In this document: piece after piece, positions 1-13,768 of the stretch
Position numbering within the stretch: the stretch's first letter is position 1
Layout of the letters: the number at the start of each line of letters is the position of its first letter
Assembly (NCBI GenBank): GCA_030704615.1
Contig: CM060731.1
Location: forward strand, 53,754,001-53,818,000
Origin: Takakia lepidozioides
Lineage: Eukaryota > Plantae > Bryophyta
Direction of reading: 5' to 3'
DNA length: 64,000 nt
Translations under genes and position numbers: made by a program
The notes under the pieces: generated by a model
Databases searched by the model: none
Told to the model about the DNA's origin: nothing
Seen by the model: only the letters and a program-made list of their open reading frames with translations

Positions 1-3000
1 AGAAGCTTGGTCTAAGTAACATGAAACCAGCCCCATTTACAGTAACAATGGCAGATCAAAGAAGTGTGCAGCCATTGGGATTAATAAGAGGAGTTAAGAT
101 ACAGATACAGAAAATGATCTTTATGATCACAGTAACTGTATTAAAAATGGATGAAGTCATGGAGGCTTACTCCTTATTATTGGGACGTCCGTGGCTGAAA
201 CAGGCCAGGGTATTCCATGACTGGAATTCTCAGTTACTAACCGTGCATAATGGGATACACGAGATACAAATTACCACAAAGAAATCTAGTAGATTACCTG
301 CTACAAGAAGACCTCGAGGAGTCAGAGAGTATGACTGGAGAGGAGGACTGGATGAGGAGCAGGAAGCTACCCTATTTGCTGCACACCCAGAGTGGGAGCA
401 GGTTGCAGAGATGCGGCTGGAAAGCCTAAGTTGTTTAAGAGGTATCTGCTGTGGTGTAGTGACAGCAACACCAACTGAAGAAGAAACCAGCATTTACCCA
501 TCACATTTCTATGAAGAAAGAGAAAGAGAAATAGAAATCCTAGAAGAACCAGCCACTGTGAGCTTACAGGATGAAGTGGTGACTGGTTGGACAATCACAG
601 CTGATGAGCAGGTGAGAGAAGTAAATGTGGGAACTAAAGAGGAACCGAGGATGGTGAAAGTAGGAGCTGATTTGGAGCCGGAATTCTTCGAAGAAGCTAA
701 AAGCTTGTTCATCAAATACAGAGATGTATTTGCTTGGAGCTATGAGGATCTAAAAGGGATACCACCTGAAGTCTGTCAGCATAAGATTGAACTGGAACCA
801 GGGTCAGTACCAATCAAGCAGGCGAGGTATAGAATGAATCCCAACTACGCATAGAAGGTTGGAGAAGAGATAAAGAAGTTGGCTGAGGCTAAGTTTATAT
901 ACCCAATAGAGTATACAACTTGGTTGTCACCCATTGTAATAGTTCCCAAGAAGAATGGCAAACTAAGAGTATGTGTGAACTATAAGAAGCTGAATGCTTG
1001 TACGAAGAAAGATCCTTTCCCTTTGCCATTCACAGAAGCAGTATTAGACACTGTGGCAGGCCATGAGATGTACTCATTCATGGATGGCTTCAGTGGTTAT
1101 AATCAAGTGCAAGTGGCAGAAGAAGACCAAGGGAAAACAGCTTTCATCACAGACTGGGGGGCTTATGCATACAAAGTCATGCCCTTTGGACTTTGTAATG
1201 CACCAGCGACCTTTCAGAGAGTGATAAGTGAATCTTTTCATGAGTATCTGATGATTTCATGCAGGTATTCTTGGATGATTTCAGTGTGTACAGCTCTAAG
1301 AGTGAGCACTTGCATAAATTGGAGTTATGTTTGGCCAGATACAGGATGAGAGGTCTGGGCCTGAATCCAGAGAAGTGTACTTTCTGTGTGAACTCAGGGG
1401 TGCTTCTGGGACACATTGTGTGTAAGAAGGGACTCCTTGTGGATCCCAGAAAGACAGAGTCCATTAAAGCCTCTCCACCACCAGTGAATGTTAAAAGTCT
1501 ACGGAGATTCCTTGGGCAAACCAGTTATTACAGAAGATTTGTCAAAAGGTATGCACAAATAGCAGCACCATTGAGCAAGCTTCTGAAGAAAGATGCAGTG
1601 TTTGCCTGGATAGCGGAATGTCAACAGGCATTTGAGGAACTTACACTGTCAGTAACAACTACACCTGTACTGATTAACCCTCACTGGCATGTAGTATTCC
1701 ATGTTCATTGCGATGCATCAGGAGAAGCGTTGGGAGCGGTGTTAGCCCAGAATGTTACAGGGAATATAGATTCACCTGTGTACTATGCTAGCCGGTTGAT
1801 GAACAGTGCTGAGAGGAACTATAGCACAACGGAAAGAGAAGCATTGGCAATGATTTATGCAGTGAAGAAATTCAGGCATTACCTATTGGGAAGAAAGTTT
1901 ATGTTTTATGTGGATCACCAGGCTCTGATATATCTGGTGAACAAACCTTTGATAAGTGGAAGGATAGCGAGGTGGTTAATAATCTTGCATGAGTTTGAGT
2001 TCGAGGTTATTTACAAGCCTGGCCGTTTGCATCTTGTGGCAGATCATTTGTCACGACTAACAACAGGAGAGGCCGCCACAGGAGTGGACGATCAGTTACC
2101 TGATGCGAGTTTATTTGTAATGGAGGTGCAAGGAAGTGCAGATGAATGGTTAGATTGGCAGTGGCCAATCAGATACTACCTTGCTCATGGTCAGTGCCCA
2201 CCTAGTTATGGTAAGGAGCAGAGGAAGAGAATTGCTATCAAAGCTTTACCTTATACTATGGTAGGAAGCAGAATGTATAAGTTAGGACCTGATGGAGTAC
2301 TAAAACGATGCTTGTACCACCATGAAGTAAATAAAGTTTTGGCGGAAGTTCATAAAGGAGTGGCTGGAGGTCATTTTGGAGAAGAGACTGAAAGATACTA
2401 CTCGCAGGATACTGGTGGCCTACTTTGTTCAAAGATGTACACGAGTATTGTAGAAGTGTGATGAATGTCAGAGGCTAGGACCTTTGCAGAGATCTGGAAG
2501 GATGGCCTTGCATCCTACAATGCCTACGGAACCATTTCAGAAATGGGGACTAGACTTTGTTGGACCAATTAATCCACCATCCAAGAATACACGAAACAGG
2601 TACATAATTACAGCCACTGATTATACTACAAAGTGGGTGGAAGCTAAAGCTTTGAGGGACAACTCAGCCAAGTCCACAGCAAGGTTCCTGTACGAGAACA
2701 TACTTACACGATTTGGATGTCCCTTAGAATTTATCAGTGATCAAGGAAGTCACTTCATGAATGAGACCATTGAGTTGTTGACTAAAGAGTTTATGATTGT
2801 GCATAGAAAGAGTACAACATATTACCCACAGGGTAATGGGCAGGCAGAGGCTACCAACAAAATACTATGTACTATCTTGGCTAAGATAGTCAATGCAAAC
2901 AGAACGGATTGGGATACGAAGCTGCTGACAGCTTTGTGGTCATACAGGACTTCATATAAAGTCACCACTAAGTATACACCATTCCAATTAGTTTATGGTA

Positions 3001-3686
3001 TGGAAGCCTTACTTCCAGTGGAATTCTTGTTACCTACCATGAGAACGGAGTGGGAAAAAGGAATGGAATTGCAAGACTCCATCAAGGTCAGGAAACATGA
3101 ATTATACCATGTGGAAGAAGTACGTGCTGATGCAGCTGATAATATGACCAGAATTCAGATGAAGCGAAAGGAACAGTTTGATGAAGGCAAGTTAAAGACT
3201 TTTAAGACGGGGGATTTGGTTCTATGGTTGCAGAAGAAAGGAAAGATTCAAGCTTCTAAGCTTAAATCACCATGGAAAGGACCTTATGTCATACAAAAGA
3301 TGTATGATAACAACACCGCCATGTTACAAACCATTAACAAAGAAATGCTGGGAAGAGTCAATGCAAATAAGTTGAAGGGGTACAGTGGTATCCATGACAA
3401 ACCCCTGCAGCATGATTTGCATATAGAACCGCAAGAGCAGTCACGGGCTGCACCAGTGTTACGAACGGAGTATGGAACACTTGTCGCTAGGCCTAGCATA
3501 TATGACCAGGGTGGGCAAAACAAACGTGACACAGCCTATCACAGCCCAGCAAGGCGCAACACAGCCTATCACAGCCCATCACGACGTGACACAGCCTATC
3601 ACAGCCCAGCAAGGCGCAACACAGCCTATCACAGCCCATCACGACGTGACACAGCCTATCACAGCCCAGCACGGCGCAACACAAAT
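1..3686 (+). mobile_element. Ty3/Gypsy LTR retrotransposon, copy A (runs off the left edge; pol PR-end, RT, RNase H, integrase; degenerate)
   Basis: RT motifs LRVCVNYKKLN, DPFPLP, MDGFSGYNQ, MPFGLCNAPATFQR, VFLDDF; RNase H HCDAS...ERNYSTTEREAL...VDHQAL; integrase GHFG..C..C, WGLDFVGP, ISDQG, YYPQGNGQAEATN, WKGPY. Order PR-RT-RH-INT indicates Gypsy. Stop at 852-854 and several frameshifts. Confidence 0.95.
3524..3683 (+). repeat. Tandem repeat, 30-bp period (60-bp dimer), core ACACAGCCTATCACAGCCCA, downstream of pol
   Basis: About 5 copies visible directly; translates as repeated TAYHSP(A/S)RR. A degenerate version lies at ~50935-51070 in copy B. Confidence 0.9.
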
Positions 3687-4476
3687 ATGACCCAAGGGGT
3701 TACGGAAGCTCAAGCAGTTCAATTCAGGTATGGGATATTGAACAAGGAGTTGAGGAGAAGGGTGCGGGATGCAACTCTTCTACAAGTGGACCAACCCACC
3801 TTAGCAAACGTGTTTTTGCTGGCAGAGCGGATAGAGCAATATGGTGGAGGAGCGAGTGGTCATGGTGGGATTTGGTAAGGAGACACAACGAAGTGGGGCT
3901 CTTAGCCAACAACAACCACTACCCCAACGTACTCAAAGCAACAAGGGGGCTCAGGCAAAGCCCAGGGAAGGACAGAGAGGATCTCAATTGAAGAGGTCAC
4001 TTCTTTCATTCTCAAGCCAACAACAGTCGGGTGTGACATGTTGGGATTGTAGAGGACCCCATGTTAAGAGAGATTGCCCGGAGAGAGACAAAGGGTCGGC
4101 ACAGGCACAGCCTACACAACTACAGTGTGGGCATTGTGGCAAGTATGGGCATGAAGAGGCCCATTGTTATGACTTGCATCCTGAGCTACGGCCAGGCCAG
4201 TTCCAAGGGAACAATGGTGGCCGAGGACGAGGCAATGTAGTCCAGAGAGGTAGAGGAGGCGGAGGTCGTGGTGGAGGTCGTAACCAAAACCAAGGAGCAC
4301 GAGGTCGAGGTCAAGGTCATGACCAAGGCATGGTGGATAGGCTTGCCCAGCTAGAGCAACATCTTGCTGCCATGGCCACTACTAATGTGGCATCAGCTCC
4401 AATGCCTGAGGTTCAAGCCCCACCTGCACAACCTCCTATGCCTAGGGAAGACCAGATTCGTATGGGCTTCATGTGA
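3687..4476 (+). pseudogene. gag C-terminal part with two CCHC-type zinc knuckles and an RG-rich tail
   Basis: ORF 3841..4476 plus the frameshifted upstream part ELRRRVRDATLL...LAERIE. Confidence 0.8.
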
Positions 4477-5039
4477 GGAGCCGCATTTGCTGGACCATTG
4501 CATGTGGACTCTGCAGCTGCTGTCACTTGAGCAGCGACGCGTGCTCCTGAGTCAAGAGGAGCAGATGTGGATTTTGATCCACAAAGAGGGGAAGCAAGTC
4601 AACAGACAAGGCTTCCACAATCTTTCACATTGGCTGAGACAGTGTCAACTACGCCATCGATGGTACCCGCTCGCCCAAGTGTGTCAGAGGTAGAGCCACG
4701 GGTGTCATTGGGGAGAGTTGGTGTGGCTCGGGAAATGCCAGTGGGTGGTGCTGCAAAGCAAGGTGCAGCCAATACATTGTTGGGGGCGGCTACGGCTGTT
4801 TGCCAAGCTCCATTGTTTTCTGCAATGACCATTGCAATGCCGGGGATTCGGCGAGCTGCTGTGTTCAAACTAGCAGCTAGACTCTGTGAGAGTGGTGATG
4901 CATCGGCACTATCTGCGGGGATAGCGGATAATGTGCAGTGCATAGATGCCCTGGACTCAAGGGTGAAGACAGCCACAGCTGCACCATGGCAAGCGGCAGC
5001 TGCAAGGTTGCACAAGTTACCAGCTAGACCAGCCATTGA

Positions 5040-5500
5040 GCGTACTATGGTGACTCCTGGGGTAGTCTTGGTGGACAATCAGGATGGTATGTTTCAGTTG
5101 GGTGGCCCAGCCGAGAGGAGGTATAGGCCACTACGGGTCTTGTTGGACTCGGGAGCACAACCATTGATGTTGGGAAGAGCAGCAATTGCAGGCTTGGGCC
5201 TTACAGAGGCGGATTTGGAGCCTTGCCCTTTCCAAATTCAAACATCTTTGGGCGGTTCAGAGAAGGCACGAGGGATTACACGTCATGAGCTCTTCATTCG
5301 ATTGCAGCCGGATCATCCTACGGACGGCTCAGTCATGAGAGCTAAAGCCATTGTTACGGATGCGATGTCTTATGATGTGCTTGTTGGTGGGGCGGTGTTA
5401 TACCCCATGGGATTCACTCTGGACTTTTGGGAGGAAACGGCATCCTACAGGCCGGAATGGCAGTCAGGAGATGGCCGACGTGCAGTGCTCCCAGTGCGGT
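5040..5500 (+). pseudogene. Retroviral-type aspartic protease domain
   Basis: RVLLDSGAQPLM...YDVLVGGAVLYPMG within ORF 4567..5841. Confidence 0.8.
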
Positions 5501-5856
5501 TTATTGGGAATGTAGCGGTGGATCATAAGAACATGATGCCCACATTGGCTGCATTCTCAGGGGTGGTGGCTTGGGGTGGTGAGCTCTTGGAGGGCAATAG
5601 CCATGCAGAGGATAGGCCATCACCTGATGAGGACAAACAATTGGCATACAAGGCTGATTTGCTTCCTCATGTGCCTGTGCATATTCCACTGTGGGGTACG
5701 GTTGGGAATTTGTATCGAGTAGCAGGCGAGTGTGTGCACCAAGCATGGCAGGAGGCATTCCCATTGATGAGTGAGGGGAGTTCAGTGACATCACTTGGAC
5801 CTCCTGAGTTAGCTCCTTTGGACACAGTGCCCATTACCTGACAACCACCTGACTCA

Positions 5857-6810
5857 AGGATTTGCTTGCTAGACCTGTTTGAAAGCATGAGCACCGGGCT
5901 TGCAGGAGTATTGCAAGCAGGGATTAAAGTACGCAAGTACTTGTATGTGGAAAAGGATGAGATAGCTCGGCGTATATCTATGCGCCACATCACCTTGCTC
6001 ACACATCGGTATCCTGAGTTGTTGCCTCTCTTAGCAATTCAAGGGTATCAAAAGACCTTGCCAGTAGACATTACCTTGCTGGGGGCGGATGATTTGGACC
6101 GGCATGGTTCCATTGACTTGGTGATAGCTGGATGGCCTTGCCAAGGACACTCTCCCGCAGGTCATGGGAATGGCTTGCATGATGCACGATCGCATTTGTT
6201 TTGGGAGATGTTGCGAGTGTTGCGGGACTTGCAGACAAGGCAAGTGCAACCTGTAGGCTATATCTTGGAGAATGTTCCTCTTATGGGGGATTCTCGGGCC
6301 AGGGTTATGGCCAGTGTGCATCAGGTGCGGTCTTGGATTGGATCGGCGGTGCTATTGGATGCAGCAGCGGTGGGATCACGCGCGCATCGACCTCGATTGT
6401 GGTGGACCAATCTTGCACCACCAGAGCTGCTCAAGAGAGCATACGATTCCATTCAACGGCCACCCAATCTCACGGTTGAAGGCATTTTGGACCAAGGGAG
6501 GCAACCACAGAGAGTGTGACATGATGATCGTCCACCTCTAGCAGTGGTCAATCGAGTGGGGCAGCCACGTGCGGCCTTGCCTACGCTCATGAGTTTTCCC
6601 TCGTCTCATGCTTTCCGAGACAATGGTCCTGGGTTGACTTGGGACAGTGTGCTATAGCAATTGGTGGAGCCCAATGCGGATGAGCGAGAGCGGGCAATGG
6701 GATTTGCCACCGGCACTACAGATGGTCAAAGGCATCACGCCGCCAAGTGTTGGGTCAAGCAATGGATCTAAATTGCTTGACATGGGTCATTGGCTTGTGC
6801 ATGGCTGAGC
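5857..6810 (+). pseudogene. C5-cytosine DNA methyltransferase domain within Gypsy pol
   Basis: Motif I LLDLFESMSTG (degenerate FxGxG), IV IAGWPCQG, VI ILENVP, VIII HRPRLWW, IX ERERAMGF, X LGQAMD. Same frame as the protease across a TGA at 5839; internal stops at 6517 and ~6655. Confidence 0.92.
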
Positions 6811-7289
6811 AACGGAGATTGCAAGCATTGATGGCTACTTCTGCACTCCCATTGGATAGTGCATCCTCCCTGCCAACCGGGACGGTTGATGCAGTGAGTG
6901 GGGGCGAGCACAGGATTGTGGGTTGCAAACACCCATGGCAGATGTGGGATGAGATGCGCAAAGAGAGAGTCATTGGATCTCTCAAGCAGCAGTATGAGGA
7001 GTGGGGAGAGCCATGGACTGAGGATCAGTTGGAGGCCAAGGTGGCCAAGGTTTTGGAAGAGGTTGAGAATGTTTCTTGCTCAGAGGATGTTCTCAATGTG
7101 GCTATGGCAGAGCAAGTGGAGACTACGCCACAGTCAGATTGGGCGGACAAGGCCCAAGAGGTTGCTATCTAGCAACCAAAGGATTCGTCTCCTACCTCCA
7201 AGCCTGGTGTACCCAAGGTTGCAGTCACTGAGGACAATTGGGAACCAGATGTTGGACCTACAGTCAGAGGAGAGAGACGGAGGATCCAA

Positions 7290-8670
7290 CGATTTCTAAG
7301 GGCTTATAGAAATTGCTTTGCCTTCGGTTTGAAGGATTTGGGGAGTTTGAAGGGTCAGGAGATTCATATTGATTTGGCAAGTGACACGCCAATCTTTCGA
7401 AGGCCCTACCGGTATAGTGACATGGAGAGGTCATTGATCCAGTCACGGACTATGGAGTTGTTCGAAGCTGGATTGGTGGAGTTGTCATGCGGGGAGTATG
7501 CCTCGGCAACGGTGATGCCAGCTAAGAAGGATATCTATGGCAATTGGACAGAAAGAAGGATGTGTGGGGACTATCGTCTTGTGAACCGTCAAACTAAGTC
7601 CGATAGATATGCCATGCCAACTCCAGATGAGATCTTTGATGCCATTGGGCATGCAAAGGTCTTTAGCATATTGGACTTGCGATCCGGTTACCACCAGTTG
7701 CCAATCAAATAGGCTGACAAGCAAAAAACGGCATTCTGGGGGATTGACCAACATGGGAAGGATTGTTTGTACCAATGGCGGTTCTTACCGTTTGGGTTGA
7801 AGAATGCTCCTACAGAGTTTCAGAGGGTCATGGATAGGATTCTTGCGGGGCTAGACTTCGCCCGGTGCTATATTGATGACATCATCGTCTTTAGTGTTAC
7901 GGTTGAGGAGCATGAGAGACACCTTCAGGTGGTGTTTGAGCGCTTGAGAGCGCACGGGTTGAAACTGCACCCCGGAAAGTGCAAGTTCTTCCACAATCAG
8001 ATTGAGTATCTGGGCCACATGATATACCCTGGAGGATTGGGTGTTCAACAGACCAAGGTGGAGGCCATTGCATGCATTCCACGCCCCATGGATGTGAGCA
8101 GAGTTCGTGCTTTCATGGGATTGGCAAACTACTACCGACGGTTTGTCAAGGGATTTAGCAACATTGCAAAGGCTCTTAGCAAGTTGACCAAGGTAGGTCA
8201 GGAGTGGCAGTGGGAGGAGGAGCAGGAGGAAGCCTTTGAGGAACTCAAGGCTCGATTGACTTCTGCATCTATTCTGAGGCGGCCTATTCGGGGGTGGCCT
8301 TTATAGCTACATACGGATTGGAGTATGCTGGGGATTGGAGCGGTGCTCACACAAGTCGATGATGAGGGAAGAGAGTTCGTAGTGGCATGTGCTAGCCGCT
8401 CGAACAATGATGCCGAGGCGAAGTATAGTTCCTATGAAGGGGAGTGTCTAGCTGCGGTATGGGCAGTGGCACATTTCAGATGCTACCTCTATGGCAATCT
8501 CTTCACCCTTGTCACGGATCACCAACCATTGAAGTGATTGATGGAGTCAGACAAGCTTACAGGGAAGCTTGCACGGTGGGCACTTATGCTTCAAGAGTAC
8601 GACTTCCAGGTGGTGCATCGAGCCGGTATTGTCAATCGGGATGCAGATGGATTGAGTCGTAATCCATGTA
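7290..8670 (+). pseudogene. Reverse transcriptase and RNase H of the DNMT-Gypsy
   Basis: ORFs 7329..7712, 7767..8306, 8325..8537 and 8538..9050 are one frame interrupted by single stops. Confidence 0.93.
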
Positions 8671-10223
8671 CGAGCAAGCATGATGATACTGGAGCTCGGT
8701 GGCATGGGGAGACGGATGAGGAGATGGTGCCAGGATGGCACGCATTGGCTTTTTTGTGCATTCTAGCAATGGGAGCTCAAGCTGGTCAATCCCATGCGAT
8801 TGGTCATGAAGATAGCGTGCATGACGATCCAGAGACTAGTGAGGAGTTTGGTGGTGCTAAAGATGTACATGAAGATGCAGCAGTGTTGGCATACCTTCGT
8901 ACCGGAGAGACAACAGCCAGTGTGACTGCTAAGGAGAGGGATCGGGTCCTACAACGAGCCAAGAGGTTCAAGTGGGAGGGGACTCACCTACTCCGGGTAT
9001 GGGAGGATGGACGAGTGAGGATTGTGCCATTGTGGCGTGGCTTTCTATGACTATATGCTAGGAAGTGTGGTTGGACAGTGATGTATGTTGTGGCACGATG
9101 CTTAGGTGCACGACAACCTGATTACCTTGGTATGTACTTATCCCACTGTTTGTTGTCTATTGAGAATTTTATTTTCAAAGCGTCTTTCACTTGTAGTTTT
9201 ACCTTAACATTTTTTCATTCTACAGATCTTCCAAATTTGTTTTGCCCAGTCACATTCAAGGAGCGAATTAAAGAAGAAGAAGAGCTTCATGATTGGCAAG
9301 AATGACGGGCTTCAAGGGCATCAAGATCATCAAGTAGAGTTCCAATTAACATTTCGGATGATGATGTTACTAGGTTTGAGTTTTCTGGAAGTATTTCTGT
9401 TTCATCTGGTGTGGAGACCATTGCAAGTGGTTGTGGTAACCGGAGGCGTCTATGAACACATGCCTTGACTGCAAGCCGTTTGAGATGAGGATCTGTAATA
9501 TTAATGGGTTAGTGTAAGCCGTTGTATGGCTTCGAGCCGATGGATAACATTAAGTCCAATGTGAACGGATGTACAGTTGACGTTACAAAGTTGCAATCTA
9601 TAATAAAATATGAATGTTTATCATCAATGTATCCGCAGACTCATTCTTTCATGTCATCCTCTTCATCACATGCCATGATTGTTCTATGTTTGGTTTTGTA
9701 TGTCATCGGATATGGTAACTATTTTGTACAAAAAGTTTTGCATATCTTACCTCAAATCATGGTTTAATTCATTGCATCCTCCCATTTATTTCGTGAACGT
9801 CAACTTGGCAGTGGATGTTGTTCTAAAACCACAATACATACTTATAGTTTCTCCAAAAAATGTTTGCAAGAATATTGTTCATGATTATATTATACAGAAA
9901 ATAAAATCATCATATATAGCTCTTTATTTCTATAATAAATTATATTGATTCATATTTCTGATATTATTTGGACCAAACAAAAGTCCAGAATTAGTTAAAA
10001 TAGTGTTCTCCAATATACCTCAATACATGCTGACAATGCTCAATACTACTACTGAGACATGGTCACTCCCTGTTTGGATGGCTTCTTCGCATGGAAGAGA
10101 GTATGTCATGCTGGCCCTCTCAACTGTTGGAATAATGGCGTTAGGTCTGGGTTTTGTCACTGATGTGGAGGGCAACCTGCAAAGGCCCCATGGATATCCC
10201 AAAAGACTCCCTCTTCTATATCA

Positions 10224-10996
10224 CACTACAACAGATTCCGGCTTGAACGTCTGCCACATTTGCCCAGTCGTAGCATATATGTCTATGCAAGGGGGCAATC
10301 CTGGTTGCCATTTGTGACCAGCAGAAGTCATATATGCCACCTTGTACCTCCGCCACGTCAGGATCTGCGGTCAAACACGTTTGACCAGATAGGGGAAGAT
10401 GGTAGATACGACTAGGAGTCATGGCCAAAACTGCAACATGATGACGTGGGCATGGGAATGTATGACTGCCAGTATTCACAACTGCACGTGGCGATTGCCG
10501 GCCCAGTCAGTTGTGACAAATGAGTCGTAAGCGCCAAAGAGTCGTATCTGCCAGTCGTGGAGCTCACTGTTGATGTGGCAACGGGGACACCTAATCATAG
10601 TCATTGATAAGACCGTAATAATTGACTGCGAATCCATGTCAGCTTCACGTGGAACGGAAGGGATATGCCACGTGTCACGACAAAGGGAAGGTGACAAGGT
10701 CTTCACGACTGGCATATACGACTTTGGAGGATTAATCCCAGGACAGCACGTGGAGAATACCGGGAAGGACACGTGGCACGACAGGGTGACATCCGCAGAT
10801 TAACCCCCAGGACACCACGTGGATTAGACTGGACATGACGCGTGGCGTGACAGGGTGAGGGAGAGGGGGTCTTCCAAGACTGGCATATATGACTCCTGCC
10901 GACTAACCCCAGTGCCACACGTGGCGCAAATGGGACATGACACGTGCCAGGACAATGGGCTTCGAGGGGGGTTTTCGTGACTGGCATGTATGACTT
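10224..10996. mobile_element. CACTA (En/Spm) terminus with CACGTG-rich subterminal repeats
   Basis: CACTACAACAG at 10224, followed by recurring GACTGGCATATA(C/T)GAC and CACGTGGC units in both orientations; CACTA transposase fragments nearby. Confidence 0.7.
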
Positions 10997-12095
10997 CGGA
11001 CGTTTCAGTCTTCCAGATAAGGTTAAAGAGGAGAACTAGGGCCTCTATCATGGGATCGCCACCGTGCTTGATAAGCTCGTTGACAATACCATCAGGTCCA
11101 CCAGCTTTATATCCATTTAAATGTTCAATTGCTTCCACAATCTCAGAAGAACTAATGGGAGCGTTATAAGCCATTGAAATATACTCCAGTTCATCAGGGC
11201 TGTTTTGAATCATAGGAACAGTTTTTCCAACTGTGTCCCTCCATTCAGCAAAAGACCCCTCACTGTTAGACCTAGAAGTTCTGCCAAGGATACTGTAGTG
11301 AGTTTCAAAGGTTTTGACAATGTCAACCGATGAAGTCACCACTGCACCTTTAGTAGTCTTCAGCGCTGGTACTTGCTGACCGTTTTTCAGCTTGTACAAA
11401 CATTGAAGGGCCAACCAGAATTTCTTGTCATTACCACCATGGTGGTTTGAGTTTATTTCACTGTATAACTTGTCCCAGGATAATTTCTTCTGAGACCTAA
11501 CAAGCTGATTGATATCTTTACGGAGCTGGTAGTACCTCGCCCACAATTCTCTGTTGGTTTCCAAATTGCAGCACTCTTTATAGAGGGCTCGTCTCTCAGC
11601 TATCTTGAATTTAATCTCATTGGTCCACCAATTAACAGCTCTACCGCAGACAATTTGTTTCCTCCCGATGATCTTGTCAGCCACGGAGGAAACGAAACTC
11701 TCCCAAGAGTCCACTGCTCTTTCGACTTCATTTCTTGCGTTGTCAGAGCGAGACTGAAGTTCTTGGAGCGATTGGACAAAATGAGGGAGAGCCTCTTGCA
11801 AGGCCTGGACGTACTCAGCCTTGACCTCCTCATTATGGAATTCTTCTATGCGCCACTTCCGAATCGAACGTTTCACAGATCTCTTGGTGTTGGGAAAACA
11901 CCTTTTGATCTCAGTCCAAACCAGGAAGTGGTCAGAGGTACCAATATCAGTTCTGTCGATCAACACATTGGCACACTGGGGGAACAAATTTTTGTCCATT
12001 ATGATATAGTCCACAACGGAACGTTCCCCAGTTTGGGATTTCTCACGAGTCCACTGCACTTGGTCACCTCTTGTCCTGTTATTCAAGGTGAAAAG
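10997..12095 (-). pseudogene. LINE ORF2 fragment (endonuclease end to RT N-terminus)
   Basis: SVVDYII...GTSDHFLVW (APE endonuclease end), KKFW, PISSSEIVEAI...KAGGPDGIVNELIK...LFNLIW. Confidence 0.88.
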
Positions 12096-12099
12096 CTGA

Positions 12100-13768
12100 A
12101 GGAAAGTGCCAACGGGGTATGCATCTGCCTTTAAAAAACATGTTGTCAAAAAAAAAACTCTCACAATTAAAGTCACATGACTACCATGTGCTTATGTAGC
12201 AAGTTCTCCCTCTGGCTCTATGTGGTTTAATGGCTAAGGGCGTACGAAATGCCATATTGCGAGTATCCCGAGTGTTTCGCAAACTCTGTGCAAAAGTGGT
12301 TGATCCCAGCGAGCACGAAGAGCTGAAGAAGGAGGTGACTGTCACACTCTGCCTCCTTGAAAAAGAGTTCCCACCCTCTTTTTTTGATATAATGACGCAT
12401 TTGCTTATTCACTTAGTTGACGAGCTGGATTTGTGTGGCCCTGTCACCTCTCGGTGGATGTACCCTGTGGAGCGGGCTATGAAGGATTACAAAGGGTACG
12501 TTCGCAACATGGCAAAGCCCGAAGGCAGTATGGCCGAGGGCTACATGTTTGAGGAGGGGCTCTTGGCTTTTGCACAGAGTACATGGCCAGCTTTGATGCT
12601 ACTAGACAGAGAGTGTGGGATGCAGGAGAGGAGGAATCCGTGTCTGGCTGCGTGTTGGAAGGAGCAGGGAAACCCCGCAAATTCACGGCAGATCTGTGTT
12701 TAGTTCTCCACTAGTACATCATTGAAAACTATCCTAGCATGCGCACCATGTTCGAGTAAGTGAGAAGCTCATTAACAAAGGTGACAATGCAACAGTTCAT
12801 TCCCTTCCTATTTATGCCTGTTTGTAGTTGTTGGTTGTCATGTAATTGCATTATGTGCACGTGTTGGTTCTCACGGGAGGGACACATTCATATATGTCAG
12901 GATGTATGAAACAATTCGAGCACGTGTGGAGGCAAGTCGTTGGTTGTTTCTACAGGAAGAACGTGCTGAAGGGAGGGCAGCTCACGGGGAGGACTATGAG
13001 TACCCACCTGACTTGGCTCTTCCTCCCAAATATGCAGAGCTGGTTGATCCTCCCTTGATCATTGCAACTTCATACAATAGCATGTCAGCTTATGGAAACC
13101 ACTACAGGGTGTCTTCAACCAATATTGGCACAAGTAAAGTGTCATATGACTTAGGGGTGTCATATGACTTAGGGGTGTCATCTATTTTCCACCATGTATC
13201 TACAAACAGTGCAGAAGAGGAGGTGGTAGAAAGCCTGCGATACGTGGGTGTCATTAAAGAGATACTGGAAATTGACTATGGGAAGACAAGGCCCATTGTG
13301 ATGTTGTGTTCTTGGGTTCGGGCAAAGAAGGGGAGCCGCAATCAGCCTGCATCCATGAAGCAGGATGATTGTGGGTTCACATTGGTGAATTTCTCCCAAA
13401 TGTTGGCTCCACAAGAGCAGCCATTCGTGCTGCCGTCACAAGTGGAGCAGGTATTTTTCAGCACTTGTGTTCATGAACCTCGGTGGAATGTGGTCCTTGA
13501 GAAAAGCCCCCGATCTTCTCGGGTGGTTTGTGATGTGTCAATTGGTAACGATGATCTTCGTAGTGTGGAAGGCCTCTTAGCCCCCGAACGAGTCAAAGAG
13601 ACACATGTTGCAGGCCCGAATTTGGGCCAGACAATTGAAGTGACTCCCGAAGTTCTTGCCTCACTATACCGGGATGTGTGCAACGAGGCCCCCATTGTGG
13701 TGGAGAATGACAGTACCAATGAGGAAGAAGATGACAGCCCGGACGAGCTGCCTGACATTGATGTGTAA
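12100..13768 (+). pseudogene. CACTA transposase C-terminal region (DUF4218/DUF4216-like)
   Basis: VPTGYASAFK, LKSHDYHVLM, FPPSFFDIMTHLLIHLV, RWMYPVERAMK..VRNMAKPEGSMAEGY, YVGVIKEILEIDY, QPFVLPSQVEQVFF. Confidence 0.9.

Larger units (their letters stand above)
3687..9030 (+). mobile_element. Ty3/Gypsy retrotransposon carrying a C5 DNA methyltransferase (gag-PR-DNMT-RT-RH, truncated before the integrase core)
   Basis: Zn knuckles CWDCRGPHVKRDC and CGHCGKYGHEEAHC; aspartic protease LLDSGA; DNMT motifs; RT RMCGDYR, LDLRSGYHQ, LPFGLKNAP, YIDDI; RNase H TDWS...YEGECLA...TDHQPL. No LTRs seen. Confidence 0.93.

Noticed and set aside
2484-3878. 464-aa ORF as an integrase with a repeat tail
   Set aside because: Beyond ~3690 it reads into the gag of a different Gypsy element; the fusion is a junction artefact.
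9050-10220. Possible host gene fragments in an AT-rich stretch
   Set aside because: Only short ORFs with no recognisable motif.
10824-12176. 450-aa ORF as a single gene
   Set aside because: It is chimeric: the start is antisense CACTA transposase, the middle is LINE ORF2, and the end is CACTA subterminal repeat.
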